Shown here: in pieces, positions 50,649-62,765 of the stretch
Position numbering within the stretch: the first letter of the stretch is position 1
Layout: each line of letters begins with the position of its first letter
Source of the DNA: Heptranchias perlo
Taxonomy: Eukaryota
Direction: 5' to 3'
DNA: 64,000 bases
NCBI RefSeq assembly: GCF_035084215.1
Contig: NC_090332.1
Coordinates: forward strand, 77,748,001-77,812,000
Made by a program: the position numbers and the translations under genes
The notes under the pieces: model-generated
The model's database searches: none
What the model saw: the letters and a program-made list of their open reading frames with translations, nothing else
Told to the model about the DNA's origin: nothing

Positions 50649-50926
50649 TACCCCAGAATTACTTTCTTCATTTAAAAAAAAAATCTCATTTCCCGCCATT
50701 TTGTTCCTATAACAGCCTTTTTTTTGCAGCTACATTGATTTGTTGATTTTGAGATACTGGATATGTCTGCTGGTGAACTAGAACAGGTCTCTTTAGATTT
50801 TCAAGGAATATAAATAATTGATTTTGGTTTTTTTTCAATGCCTTCCCCTGGCTCTTGGATTGACATCTAAAATTTTGGCAGTGAAAAGATGTCTTCTGTG
50901 ACCTCAAATTCAATACCTCAGGAAGA

Positions 50927-52020
50927 TAGAATCATAGAATGGTTACAGCACAGAAGGAAGCCATTAGGTCCATTTTGTGTCCTCTGGTTCTCAAACCTTC
51001 CGCCAATGAGAATAGCTTCTCTATATTTACTTTATCTAAACCCTTCATGACTTTGAACACTTCTATCAAATCTCCTCTCAACATTTTCTGCTCTAAGGAG
51101 AACAGCCTCAGCTTCTCCAGACTATCTACGTAACCGAAGTCCCTCTTCCCTGGAACCATTCTAGTAAATCTTTTCTGTACCTGCTCTAAGGCCTTCACAT
51201 CCTTCCAAGGTACGGTGCCCAGAATTGGAGACAATACTCCAGTTGTGGCCAAACCAGTGTTTTATAAAGTTTCAACATAACTTCCTTGCTTTTGTACTCT
51301 ACGTCTCTATCTATAAAGCCCAGGATCCCATGTGCATTTTTAACTGCTTACTCAACCTGTCCTGCCACCTTCAAAGATTTGTGCACATATACCCCCAGGT
51401 CTCTCTGTTCCTGCACCCCCTTTAGAATTGTACCATTTAGTTTATATTGCTTCTCCTCGTTCTTCCTGCCAAAATGTATCACTTCGCACTTCTCTGCGTT
51501 AAATTTCATCTGCCATGTGTCCGCCCATTCCACCAGCCTGTCTCTATCCTCTTGAAGTCTATCACTATCCTCCTCACTGCTTACTACACTTCCATGTTTT
51601 GTATCATCTGGAAATTTTGAAACTGTGCCCTGTACACCCAAGTCCAAGACCCCTGGGGAACACCACTGTACACCTCCCTCCAGTCCAAAAAACAACCGTT
51701 CACCACTACTCTCTGTTTCCTGTCACTTAGCCAATTCTGTATCCATGCTGTCACTGCCGCTTTTATTCCATGGGCTTCAATTTTGCTGACAAGCCTATTA
51801 TGTGGTACTTTATCAAACACCTTTTGAAAGTCCATATACACAACATCAACCTCATTGCCTCATCAACCCTCTCTGTTACCTCATCAAAAAACTCAATCAA
51901 GTTAGTTAAACACAATTTGCCTTTAACAAATCCGTGCTGGCTTTCTTTTATTAATCCGCACTTGTCCACGTGACCCGGATTATCGTTTCTGAAAGCTTCC
52001 CCACCACTGAGGTTAAACGG
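50927..52020 (-). mobile_element. CR1 LINE RT + 3' end
   Basis: SQHGFVKGKLCLTNLIEFF; MDFQKVFDKVPH; SGVPQG; KFPDDTK; WADTWQMKFNAEKCEVIHFG. Confidence 0.93.
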
Positions 52021-53157
52021 ATGTCCTGGAAGATCCCATAAAATAAGAGCATAAGTATTGTTACAAACCAGGAATCAGCATTAGCCTGTTACTTTTTGAC
52101 AGAGCTCAGTCCCAGCTATCTGCCTTCTTACAGTATCATCAATCTTTTAACTAGATCTGCACCAAACTGCTTCTTGAACTCCTTCGTACTGTCTGCTTTA
52201 ATGGTATTCCATTATTTCACAAGTCACTTTGCATAAAAAAAGGTCTTCTTGACTTCTTTAAGATAAGGTCGTGCAAACCTAGCTGATTTCTTTGTCGGGA
52301 GCAGGAGGAGGGAGACTCCTTAAGCTTATTTTACTAAGGATGACAGCAGCTAAGATTCAGAAACAGATAGAAATATTGGCCCAATTTTTCATGCAAGAAA
52401 AGTGCTCGACATTTTCGGATTGAAAGTAGCATGCTTTGACTTGTCGAGTGCAGGGAACGAGAACTGTGATGTGTTACACTGAGGACAGAGAGGGAAGCAG
52501 AATCTTCCCGAAAAGCTTTTATATCGATTTCAGCTTGTCTTTGATGCTTTTAGGAAAATGCATGAGGCAGTGTTGATGTAAGATTAATACAATCCTCCCA
52601 CAGGAGATCACAGCAATACAGTTCAACTATTTCCAAGAAACATAAATCCATTTTGTCGACTCCCACAGGCTGTTTATAACCTTGACGTTTAGTGTTACGC
52701 ATTTATCCAGATGTACTTTTTTGTAAAAATCAGAATCATACAGTGCAGAAGAAGGCCATTCAACCCATCTTGCTGACTAGTTAGTCCCACTCTCCTGCTC
52801 TTTCTCCATCGCCCTGCAATTTTTTTTCTTTTCAAAATATATCCGCTTCTGTCAATTTTTATTTATACTAAAAGTAATTTTTCTCAGTTGCCAAATAAAG
52901 GTTTCAGCAACCATCACAATTCCATTGTGATAATTGTTCCCACAAATGACTAGAATCTGTTTGAACCCTTGAGAAACCTCAGAATGTTAAAAGTATATTT
53001 TGAGTTCACATATGAATAGTTAAGAAATGCAAACTATTTAAATTACTCCAGGGATATTACACCACAATTTTTAAGTTTTTTGTCACTTAATCTAATTTTA
53101 AATGCTTTTCATTTAATTGTGACTCTTCATAAAATATGTGTGATGTACAAAAACATT

Positions 53158-53879
53158 GGCCCAGATTTTGCTGTAGCAGGGCATCTAACGGCATCTGCCA
53201 TTAGTTAGACTTGCCCTTGCACGTTTAGGTTTTTAAATTTTTTGCGTGGCAAGTTGCTGAAAGTGCGAGCTGATAATGGCACAGCGAGGGTAACAGGGCA
53301 TCTGGGACGTGAGCGAACAGGGCAAGCAACTGTGCATCTCCTTAATCGATCACATTGCAGGACTGTGAAATAAACAGCGCAAGGACTGAGAAGGAAGTGT
53401 AAATTAGAGTGGGTGAATTCAATGTCAAATCAGGTACAGAAAGAGAAATAAAGAGAGAGAAAGATAGATTGGATTAAGAGAGAGAAACAAGAGACAGGAA
53501 GGAAAAATAAAAAAAATATTAAATTTTAAATTTTACATTTTTAAAATCTCCGACAACAATCAAAACCTGAAGGAATGAGACTTGTACCAGTTAATTTTCA
53601 GTGCCAGAGAGGTTGATTGGCAGTAATTAACACTTACCACGTCGTTAAAAGACTTGAAATGACAAGACTTAACTTTCTGTGGTGAGTTCAGTTCGTATCT
53701 ACCTCGCAAAGACAGCAACTTCTCGCCATTCAATGCATTTCAATGTTGAATGTAAGGAATCTTACAACACCAGGTTATAGTCCAACAGTTTTATTTGAAA
53801 ATCACAAGCTTTCGGAGCTTACCTCCTTCGTCACGAGCGCCATTAGTCTCACCGTTATTTTAACAGCAAGTTCTGGGCC
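53158..53879. mobile_element. MITE, Harbinger-like (copy 2 of the 5715 family)
   Basis: TIR GGCCCAGATTTTGCTGT / ACAGCAAGTTCTGGGCC; TSD ATT. Confidence 0.87.
53750..53833 (-). mobile_element. Penelope terminal-repeat fragment, truncated at the hammerhead core
   Basis: TTACAACACCAGGTTATAGTCCAAC..CACAAGCTTTCGGAG..CTCCTTCGTCA, homologous to 13110. Confidence 0.85.
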
Positions 53880-53944
53880 ATTAAATTCTTAGTTTTAAAC
53901 TCGTTTGGTCCTGATTGTGCTGTTAAGGTGGAAGTGGTCTTATG

Positions 53945-54712
53945 GGGAATGATTTTAGCCCGAGGGCGGGAAGGGGGTGGAATTCCTGATGGGAAACCCG
54001 GAATTACGGGTTTCTCGAACGCCCTTAAGATTTTGACGTAAGGAGGTCGTTTTTCTCCTTTTTGCCAGTTACCTGCTCGACAGGCCAGCCTGATTGACAG
54101 GCTGGTCTCAGTCAGACGGGAGAAGAGCCAGGAAGAGGATGCGATCAGGCAAATGTTAGATTGCGGGGGGGGTCATCGGGGGAGGTCAGTCATCAGGGGG
54201 GTTGGGGGCCATCGGCTGGGGGTCAGTCGTCGGGTTGGAATTGGGGATCATCGCAGGGTCAGAGATCGCGGGGGAGGATCAGAGATTGTGGGGGGGCGGT
54301 GGGAGATCACTGGGGTGGGGGGGTTGGAGATCGTCGGGGGGTCACTGAAGGTAGGCTTTTTGGGCCTGAGGGAAGCACTCCTGCTCCTTCAGGCCCACAA
54401 GCAGAGCTATAAAGGCACCTACCTGCAGTTACGGGCCTTCTCGCCTCCTCTCACGTGGTGTGAAGCAGAAGGCCCGGGAATTCCAGCCCCCAGGGAGTAA
54501 AATCAAAAAAGCTTTGAAGATGGAGGCCCGCAGCCTTCTTAAAAGCTCTTAATTTCCGACCTGCCTCTGAGAGCGGGTTGGTCGCCTGCCCCTCGTCCCA
54601 CCCCAGTGAAAACCGGAAATGGGCGGGTAGGGGGCGGGTTTTCGATTGTTGCAATTGTTACTGCCCCCCCCTGCCCCCAACCCACCCATTTTTCCAGGCT
54701 AAAATCATGCCC
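53945..54712. mobile_element. MITE, Harbinger-like
   Basis: TIR GGGAATGATTTTAGCC / GGCTAAAATCATGCCC (15/16); TSD ATG; interior related to the 3686 family. Confidence 0.88.
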
Positions 54713-56039
54713 ATGGTTATTATCTGTGAGGGACCATCCTGTTCCCAAATAGTGGGTTGAGCACCTGAATGGATTCTTGTACAAGACTTGCTGAATGTCG
54801 CAATCAAATCGTGTGCAAGAACCACAAGAAACGACAGCAGCTGTATTTCCTGAAATGAATAGCATACAGGCGAGATAATTGCGTGCATGGATTGAGCAAA
54901 CTGCAGCTGAATGTTTGCACAGATTGCTTCTTTGTTTTGGTTCTGTTTGAGCTTGTATTTATACATTGATTCATTTTGCTACATCAGGAAAAACAGCAAT
55001 CGTCCTGTGGCAAAACCCCACCGTCATTCGATGAATCACCAATTCATCGGGTTTTTTTGGAAATGTTTGAAAGAGGAATGTTGGCCAAGGCACAGGGAGA
55101 ACTTCCTGCTCCTCTTCATCTAGTGCCATGGGATCGCTGACGTCCATCCCAAAACACTAAAATGGGAGACTTTAACACCTTATCTAACTGGAGGTATATC
55201 TGTTTCATTAGTATTAACGATATGTCCTCAGACGAGCACAGTGAATTATTTTGTGCAAACTTCCAAAAACTGCTATGGTAATTAAATACTAACCGTTTCT
55301 GGAGGTACTGGTGGTCTATAGATACTCTCTCAGGCGATTGGCAGGAGTACTTGGCACAGATGCATAATGTTGTCCAATGATAATACTCTATGCATTTATT
55401 AAAAACCATGTGTAATCTTCTGAATCGTTATAAAATGAGATATCAATGTCGTTCATGTATTTACTCATCAGTTGCGAGTTTCTGTCATCATATCAGCATA
55501 CCAGCACTTTTGTGGGTGGATCTGGGATTGGAACCCTCTTCTGCTGGGTTTGGGCTGTAGTACCTGACTTGATGTGAAGCCTTCCATGTGTGTGCTGCTG
55601 GGAGCTCGTTGCCATACGTTAAAATGAGCAGCAATGGGGTTGGAGTCCTCAAATCCTGTGAATTGCACCCAGGGTAACTGAGAACACAGTATAAGAGGCA
55701 CACCTATTGCCAGTCTCTGCTGACACTGACGGAAGTGCTAGACTTTGGAACCTGCAGAAACTTTCACGTGAGATTGCTGGAGTTACACTAGAGCCTTCAA
55801 AGCACTTTCTTGCCTTGCATCTGGATTGAACTGGACTTACATCAGACAGCCTGAGGGCCTCTGAGGCCACCAGGAAATTTTTTCCCCCATCCACGCCAAG
55901 AGGTTCTGAGGACCAAGTGTGGGATTCTCAATAAGCATTCCCTTGTATGCAATTTTAATGGAGGAGCAGTGGAGAATGGAGTAACAGAGAGTGAGCCAGC
56001 AGTTGAGGAGACGTTGCCTTTCATGATATTGCCCTCCCT

Positions 56040-56900
56040 CAAAGAATTTACAGGCCATGCAAATCCTATGAAGACCTTTATGAGGAGCTATTTGTTAGAT
56101 GCATGTGCTTCATCAAAGAGGGAACATGGGAGCTACGCCAGCTACTACACGAAGACCTGCAGCCAAGATCATCTGCCTGGGCACCAATGCCTGTGGCTGT
56201 AAAGGTGACGACCGCACTCAACCTTTATGCCTCATGCTCACTTCGAGCAGCCAAGAGGGATCTGCGCAGTATCACATTCAGTGAGTGTTAGTTGAGGAGC
56301 TGATTGGTAGGAGCTTGCACAGTATCACTTAGAGTGCTGTCTGGGCATGCAGTCGCCAGGTAACAATTACACTTTATAGGAGAGCTTGGAATTCATCCAG
56401 TTTGATGCCAGGCAGCGGAGTGATGGGCCCATCCAGTTTGATTGGGTCGTTGGGTTTCCTAAAGTGAAGGGTGCGTTGGATGGCATTCCCATACCGTTGC
56501 AATCTCCTGCCAATCAGCCCCTCAACTAACACTCACTGAATGTCCACATTGTGATCAGATCCAAAGCATCCTTCACATGAATAACAGATTTTCTGGAAGT
56601 TGGCATGATGCATTCATCCTCAGGCATTCTGCCCTCCCTGAATTCGTCAAGGAAGACAGTCAAGCGAACTATTGGCTTTGGGGTGACAAATGTACCCCTT
56701 TCTAACATATATGATGACCTCTCTCAGAATTTCAAGAACAGCAGCAGAGGAGCACTGTAACAAGGTACATACATGTCTCTACCTGAGTGGTTATTGAGAG
56801 GACCATTGGATAGATCAGAGGGGCTTTGCAATATTCTTCAAATCAAGTGTCCTACATTGTTTGAGCTTCTTATGACCAACATTTCCATCCAAAAAAAGTC
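56040..56900 (+). pseudogene. Decayed PIF/Harbinger (HARBI1-like) DDE transposase
   Basis: ELRQLLHEDLQP..PVAVKVTTALNLYAS; GFPKVKGALDG; HSLNV; FSGSWHDAFILR; WLWGDK; RTAAEEHCN; VVIERTIG; frameshifts and stops. Confidence 0.87.
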
Positions 56901-59283
56901 TAGACATGGAGATTCTTGGCGAGGTGGCCCTACCTGCTTTGGAGACAGAACAAACAGAGTAGAACAACAGGAGGAACATAACTCAGAGAACTCCTCAGTG
57001 CAAGGGACATCAAAATTCAAGTTATCATCTGTTTATGTTTTCATCTGTTTAACACAGTCTATCATTGTCACCACTATCAGAACTCTTCCCCCACCCTCAT
57101 ATAAACGACCAATCCTTCAATCCAATACCCATTCTACAATAATACATCACATTGGACGTCTCTGGACCTACATGGCCAAATCAGTTACAATCATCTGATT
57201 CAATAAGTCGGTACTAAATAAGTGTACTATTTCCTGTGGGACTGTAATCTCCAGGAATAACAGAGCTTGGCATAAGAGCGCATTCTCCTCAACTCAACGG
57301 TGTCTTGCTTCAGGAGGACCAGGTGGACTGCCTTTAGTCCGGCTCCTACCTTTCGACCTGTCTGGTTTGGGTGGCTCTACTAAGAGTTGTACACCCGCCA
57401 TGTTAGCTCAGGAGGTCATAGGAGCATGGAAGAAATCCCACCACATCAAAGTGTAGCCCCTAGGGAAGGCGGTGAGGTGAGGCCTGCAGTGAGTCTCCAG
57501 CTATCATCCTGCTGCCTTTGCTCTGCACATGTTGACAAACTGTTGACTCATTGGCAGTTGACGTTTGTGTCAGCAGCTTCCAGTCACTATCTTAACACCC
57601 ACAGTCTGATGACTTTATTTAGACCTTCAAAAGGCTGAACTCTGTGGATATAACTAACCTGTCCATAGCTTGAATACTTCAGTAGGATGTAATGCATAAA
57701 GGAGTAATTAGAATAAAAAAGATATGGCATGTAGCGATTATTCAGAGTCAAGGGCAAGAAGGAGTCTTGTATGTCCCTACAGGCAGTGTAGCTATTTTAA
57801 GTCTTCACGTCATGTACCTATTTCACTATTTGAAACCTGTTGTGCTGTGACTGCATCACTGTTTCTCAAGGAGTAAAAATGAACAGTTATAGCCTTTGTG
57901 GTGCTCAAAATAAAACAGCGAGCTCCCACCACCTTAACCCTTTCACTAGCACAAGCCTAGATGGTTTGAACCAACTGCCATCCTTACTAATTGTTTTTTG
58001 TTTTACACTCTTTGTTTTCTTATGGTTTAAGCAATAGGAATTCACCTGTCTGTCAGATTCTGTGCATAGAATACACGCAAAGCAAATCCAGATCTCACGA
58101 TGTGTACCCGCATTCATCGGAAGGTTATGTGGTACCAAGTGCTTCTGTGTTGGTCCAACTGGTCAATGAGAGAGTTAATTCCCCAGGGAGCTACCCCCTC
58201 AGGTCCCACACAATCGCTACTCACACAATTGGGAGCTGGGCAGAACCTTTGCTTTAATCGAAGCCTTACATCACAGTGACTGAGAAACAATTGTTGCTGC
58301 TGAGTTCGAAAACCCCAGTCTGATCTCTGATAGCAACATGTCAAGTTTTTATTGCTCTCATCCATCACATCAAACAGTCACCACTAAAAATGTGATTTGA
58401 TTTGATTTGAAACAGTATGTTTCAGATGCACTAGCAGTATAGGTAGGTACTTGCCCTATTTATTGAGTTAGGCAGTGGACTGCGGATGTTTCAGTTTTTA
58501 TTGCCGTGATTTCTTAAAACTATGCTCATGTGGTACCTGTGGGAACGCTCTACTGCTAATAACAGACCTAGTGCTGTCTTTGTGGAGATAATATTGCTTC
58601 ACGCACATATATCATGTTATATTTCCCTTGTACTGTGTTTGAGCAGCACTGCAAACACGCAGGTACCCGTACTCATTGGCACTCCCAAGTTTTTTGGATG
58701 AATCTTGAGTTGTATTGTATGCAGCTCACTCTCACGCACACCCCTCTTCTTCCTGGGCCACGCACACATTCAGTTTGATTACTATCTTGAGTCTACCTGC
58801 CTTGATGGGGCTGGCAGGGGGGCAAGGAGGGAGGACAAGGGTTGACTGAGGATCATTCACGTTGTGTCAGCTGCAGATGTTATAGTAGAGCCAATGAACC
58901 TTAATGTGCAATCAGACAACTTGCTGTTTATGTTAATTGATCCAATCAGGGGTTTGACGTCATGTTCGTACTTGATTAAAAACTTTGTATGTGAAACAAA
59001 TTGAAGACACAGAATGAGGAATACTGGGCTACCACTTAGATCGTACGAATAGGCTGATGTGAGAACTGACGAGTGAGAACAGTTGTGAGTGAGTTATGGT
59101 TAGGGTTATAAGTGGGATATAAATTGTACCTAACATTCTGTTTGCACCATGTATTACAACAGCAGCAATAACAGCTGGCATTTTTATAGTGCCTTTAACG
59201 TAGAAAAACAAAATCCTTTACAGAGTTTAAAATCTAACAAAGACAAATTAGGTCATCGACAAGTCTCCTGCAAAAGGTAAGCG

Positions 59284-60296
59284 GGGGCCTAATTAACATT
59301 CAAAAGTCGCGGCCTGATGACATCATCGGCGGCGCGACTTAAATCTAACAGTGAGTGAGGGGGAGGTTCGCGCGGTGGGATATCCGACAGCCGATCCAAG
59401 CCGGGAGGTGCCGACAGGCCAAAGTAAGTGCTGAAGATCTGCTCTTTTGTGAGCCGGGAGGAGCAGGAGTGCTGCCCCCAGGCCTCGCGAGGAATCCTTC
59501 GGCCTCCCCCAGCCTGGATCGCGGCCCTGAAGTTCACCCACCCCAGCCCTAATCGCAGCCCCATTGTCCTCTCTCTCCTTTCCCAGTGGCTGATCGCGGC
59601 CCAGTTATCCCATCTCCACTCCCTCCTGATCGTGGCCCTGTTGTCCTCTCTCTCTACCCCCCCCCCCCCCAACAATCGTGGCCCTGTTGTCCTCTCTCCC
59701 TACCCCCCCCCCAACAATCGTGGCCCTGTTGTCCTCTCTCTCTATCCCCCCGCCCGCAACAATCGTGGCTCTTTTGTCCTCTCTCTCCCGCCCCTCCCGA
59801 TCGTGGCCCTGTTGCCCTCTCTCTCTCTTTCTCTCCACCCCCCCGCCAATCGCAGCCCCGTTGTCCCCACTCCCTCCCCCTCCCCCCCCCGATCGTGGCC
59901 CTCTTGTCCTTTCTTGCCACAACCCCCCCCCCCCCCCCCGTGGCCCTATTGTCCTCTCTCTCGCCCCGCCCCTCTCCCGATCGCGGCCCCGTTGTCATCT
60001 CTCTCTCCCCCTCCCCCCCTCCCAATTGCGGCCCTGTGGTCTCCTCTCTCTCTCTCTTCCTCCCCCCCCAACCCATGGCGGCCCAGAGGTTCAATTCTGC
60101 ACTCACTGCCTGTTTGTTTGCGCTCCCACCCGCCGGCCAGTCTGTCAATCTGGTCGGCTATCGGGCGAGAGTCTGCAGTAGATTATTTAAATGAGGCGGT
60201 GCCATTAAGATCGGTAGGGCCTCCACGTGCCCGACTTTGCTGGGTTTTCTCCATGCCAGCACGCTCCCACGCATCCTCTCCACTAATATCGGAGCC
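59284..60296. mobile_element. MITE-like element (reversed relative to the 3686 family) with C-rich internal repeats
   Basis: Shares the GGAGCAGGAGTGC hairpin core and CTGTCAATC motif; ~40-45-bp units ATCGTGGCCCTGTTGTCCTCTCTC-Cn; left TIR not evident. Confidence 0.65.
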
Positions 60297-60304
60297 TGTG
60301 TCAA

Positions 60305-60476
60305 CATTCAAGATTAATTGGATAGGTGGGTGAAGGAAAAGGGGGTAAAGATATATTGGAACAGGATGGGTAAGTGTGCTAAGTACTATTTGCCCGCATG
60401 GAGGGTAAACGCCAATGCAGACTGGTTGGGCCAAATGGTCTGTTTCGGTGTTGTAACTTCTATGTATTTCTATGTT
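60305..60476 (+). mobile_element. CR1 3'UTR fragment
   Basis: TTCAAGATTAATTGGATAGG..GGGCCAAATGGTCTGTTTC..(TTCTATG) tail. Confidence 0.7.
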
Positions 60477-60579
60477 CCCTGTTTCATTGTCCCTGGTTTC
60501 TCACAAGTAACTACTCCACAGCCAATGTACTAATTCTTTTCAGGTAGATTAAATCCACCCTCAATCTTTTTCCCATGAA

Positions 60580-60692
60580 TGTAAGCAATCTTACAACACC
60601 AGGTTATAGTCCTGTTGGACTGTTGGACTATAACCTGGTGTAAGATTGCTTACATTTGTCCACCCCAGTCCATCACCGGCATCTCCACATCA
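60580..60692 (+). mobile_element. Penelope terminal fragment with 5' inversion (fold-back)
   Basis: 13-bp TSD TTTTTCCCATGAA (60567-60579, 60693-60705); TGTAAGCAATCTTACAACACCAGGTTATAGTCC...GGACTATAACCTGGTGTAAGATTGCTTACA. Confidence 0.88.
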
Positions 60693-61439
60693 TTTTTCCC
60701 ATGAAGACAGAGTAGGGTGTCTTCATGCAGTGACATTTGTTGCTCTTAAGATAATTTTTAAGGACACATTTACACAGAAAAATGGATAGAATTGTGGAAT
60801 ATAATCTCCAAAACACCAGTAAAACTCCTAGAATTGTATGTAATTAAAATTGGATTTGATTGACTCATTCGCCGTAAACCAGTGGCCCCTAATTACAAAT
60901 GGATGGAACTGTAGACTGTGATCTCCAGCACGCTGGTAAAGAGCAGGATCCCAGGTTATCAGGACGGAATTTGACTTATTCAGTCACTGTTGACCAGTGG
61001 CCTTGGTCAATTCCATTATCTCAAAAGTCCTCAGCAAAACTCGGTCTCTTCTATGAGACCAGCAAAGAGTGATCCCTTTCTGTGGAGGGAATGGGATGCC
61101 ATCCCCATGCATTCAGTTCATAAGCTGCTGAAGTAAATTGTGCTATCGTTTCAAGCCGTCAGTGTTTCATGAGAAAAGTCGGCCTGTTTCACTGGGGTCA
61201 GAGGTTGTCACTATCAACTAATCAGATTATTGCTTGGGGTCGGAGGCTCTGAGAATCAGTCAGATCAGTTGAAGAGCAGGACTGAAGCCTGTTGGAACCA
61301 TTCGAATTGGTCAGAGGGCACGATTGGAATAAATCAAGCAGACTTTCTTTCCTCTTGTTGTTTGTTGTAAATGACCTTGAGGGTAGAAAATATTGCACAG
61401 AATTACATAAAATGTGCAACCCAGAAACAGGCCATTTGG

Positions 61440-61968
61440 TGGGCATGGGGCACGGGTGGGCACAGGGGTCGCGAATCATGGGGGATGGGACCGGGGGTCA
61501 GTCACGGTGGGGGTGGGCGGGATCGGGGGTCATCGCGGGGGTCCGCGATCGTTGAGGGTCGGGGTCGGGGGTCCGCGATCAGTGGTGGGGGGGATCGGTG
61601 CAGGTTGGCTTGCTGGGCCTGGGGGAAGCACTCCTGCTTCTCCAGGCCCCATAAGCTGTACCTTTCTGGGCACTTACCTGTTAGTCTCGGGCCCTCTCAC
61701 CTCCTTTCACGAGACGTAAAACAGAAGGCCCGGGAATCCCGGCCCCCCGGGTTGAAATCGGGAATTAGTTAAAAATGGAGGCCTGAAGCCTCCTTGAAAG
61801 GTTTTAAGGCCTGACCCACCTCCTGGGAACGGGTTGGCCGCCCCCTCTTGTCCCGCCCCCGTGAAAAACGAAAATGGGTGGGTTAGGGGCGGGTCTGAAA
61901 TGGTGGCAATTTTCAATGCCCCCCTGCCCCTAACCCACCCAGTGTTTTTTACTTTTAATATCGAGCCC
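61440..61968. mobile_element. MITE of the 3686 family, left-truncated
   Basis: Highly similar to ~3930-4354; ends AATATCGAGCCC. Confidence 0.85.
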
Positions 61969-62690
61969 TACGTGTTTATTTAGTATTTTTTTTTAATTCA
62001 TGTTCTACACAGGAACATTCTGGAGCATGCCCGGCTGTTGTCTTTATGGGAAGGTTTATTTTCTTCTAGACTGGTTGCAGCCTCCTTTTTCTGGATAAGG
62101 AGGGTGTTCCCTGATGTGAACGCATTATTTGGCACCTCTGTCAGTGTACTTACAGAATTATATATTCTATCAAATATTTTGGGGGGGGATATGTCGACTT
62201 TATTTTAGTTTGTCAGCTTTTGCTAGTTTTCTAGGTTGGTATGGATGATAAATGGATATTTACAGGGCTTCTCAGCAAACACAGTATTCACAAAAGAATC
62301 CAAGATTGGTGAGAAACTCTCTGCCTATAACTGATGTTATTTAGCCTGTAAAGTTACCGTCCCCTTCAGCACTCTATATTGCAGCATGCTCCATATATTC
62401 TGTCAAATGTAGGAAACACACTGGACATCCACTTGTATAATGCTATCTTTAGGAGTAATGCATGTAGGTAGCAAGAGGTGTGTTGTAGACTGTCTTAGAA
62501 TCTCTCTATTTGAGAAGGAATTACAACCTTATCAGTAGTTGTGTTGTATTAATGAGCATTGTAGAAGGGGGGTATTATACAGGAAACCCAAACTATGTTA
62601 TCCCACTTCATAGTACCCTTACATACAACGTTGACATTTGACTCATTTGCCTTTCAAGTAATGTGTTCTCTCTGCTCTGTCTGCTTACAG

Positions 62691-62765
62691 GTTGTGCCAT
62701 TGACTTGGTGGTCGTTGATCAGAGATTCCACTTACTACACTTTATCGGTGATGACCCTCATGTTG
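62691..62765 (+). CDS. slc24a3: SLC24A3/NCKX3-like internal exon (75 nt)
   Basis: CTGCTTACAG acceptor, GTGAGA donor; VVPLTWWSLIRDSTYYTLSVMTLML follows ..GLFSGL in phase 0, as in NCKX3/4. Confidence 0.92.

Noticed and set aside
56040-56900. Domesticated HARBI1 host gene
   Set aside because: Multiple frameshifts, stops and an internal duplication; a transposon fossil
59428-60333. 301-aa Pro/Leu/Ser-rich ORF and overlapping ORFs
   Set aside because: Stop-poor C-rich repeat interior of a MITE-like element; open in several frames on both strands
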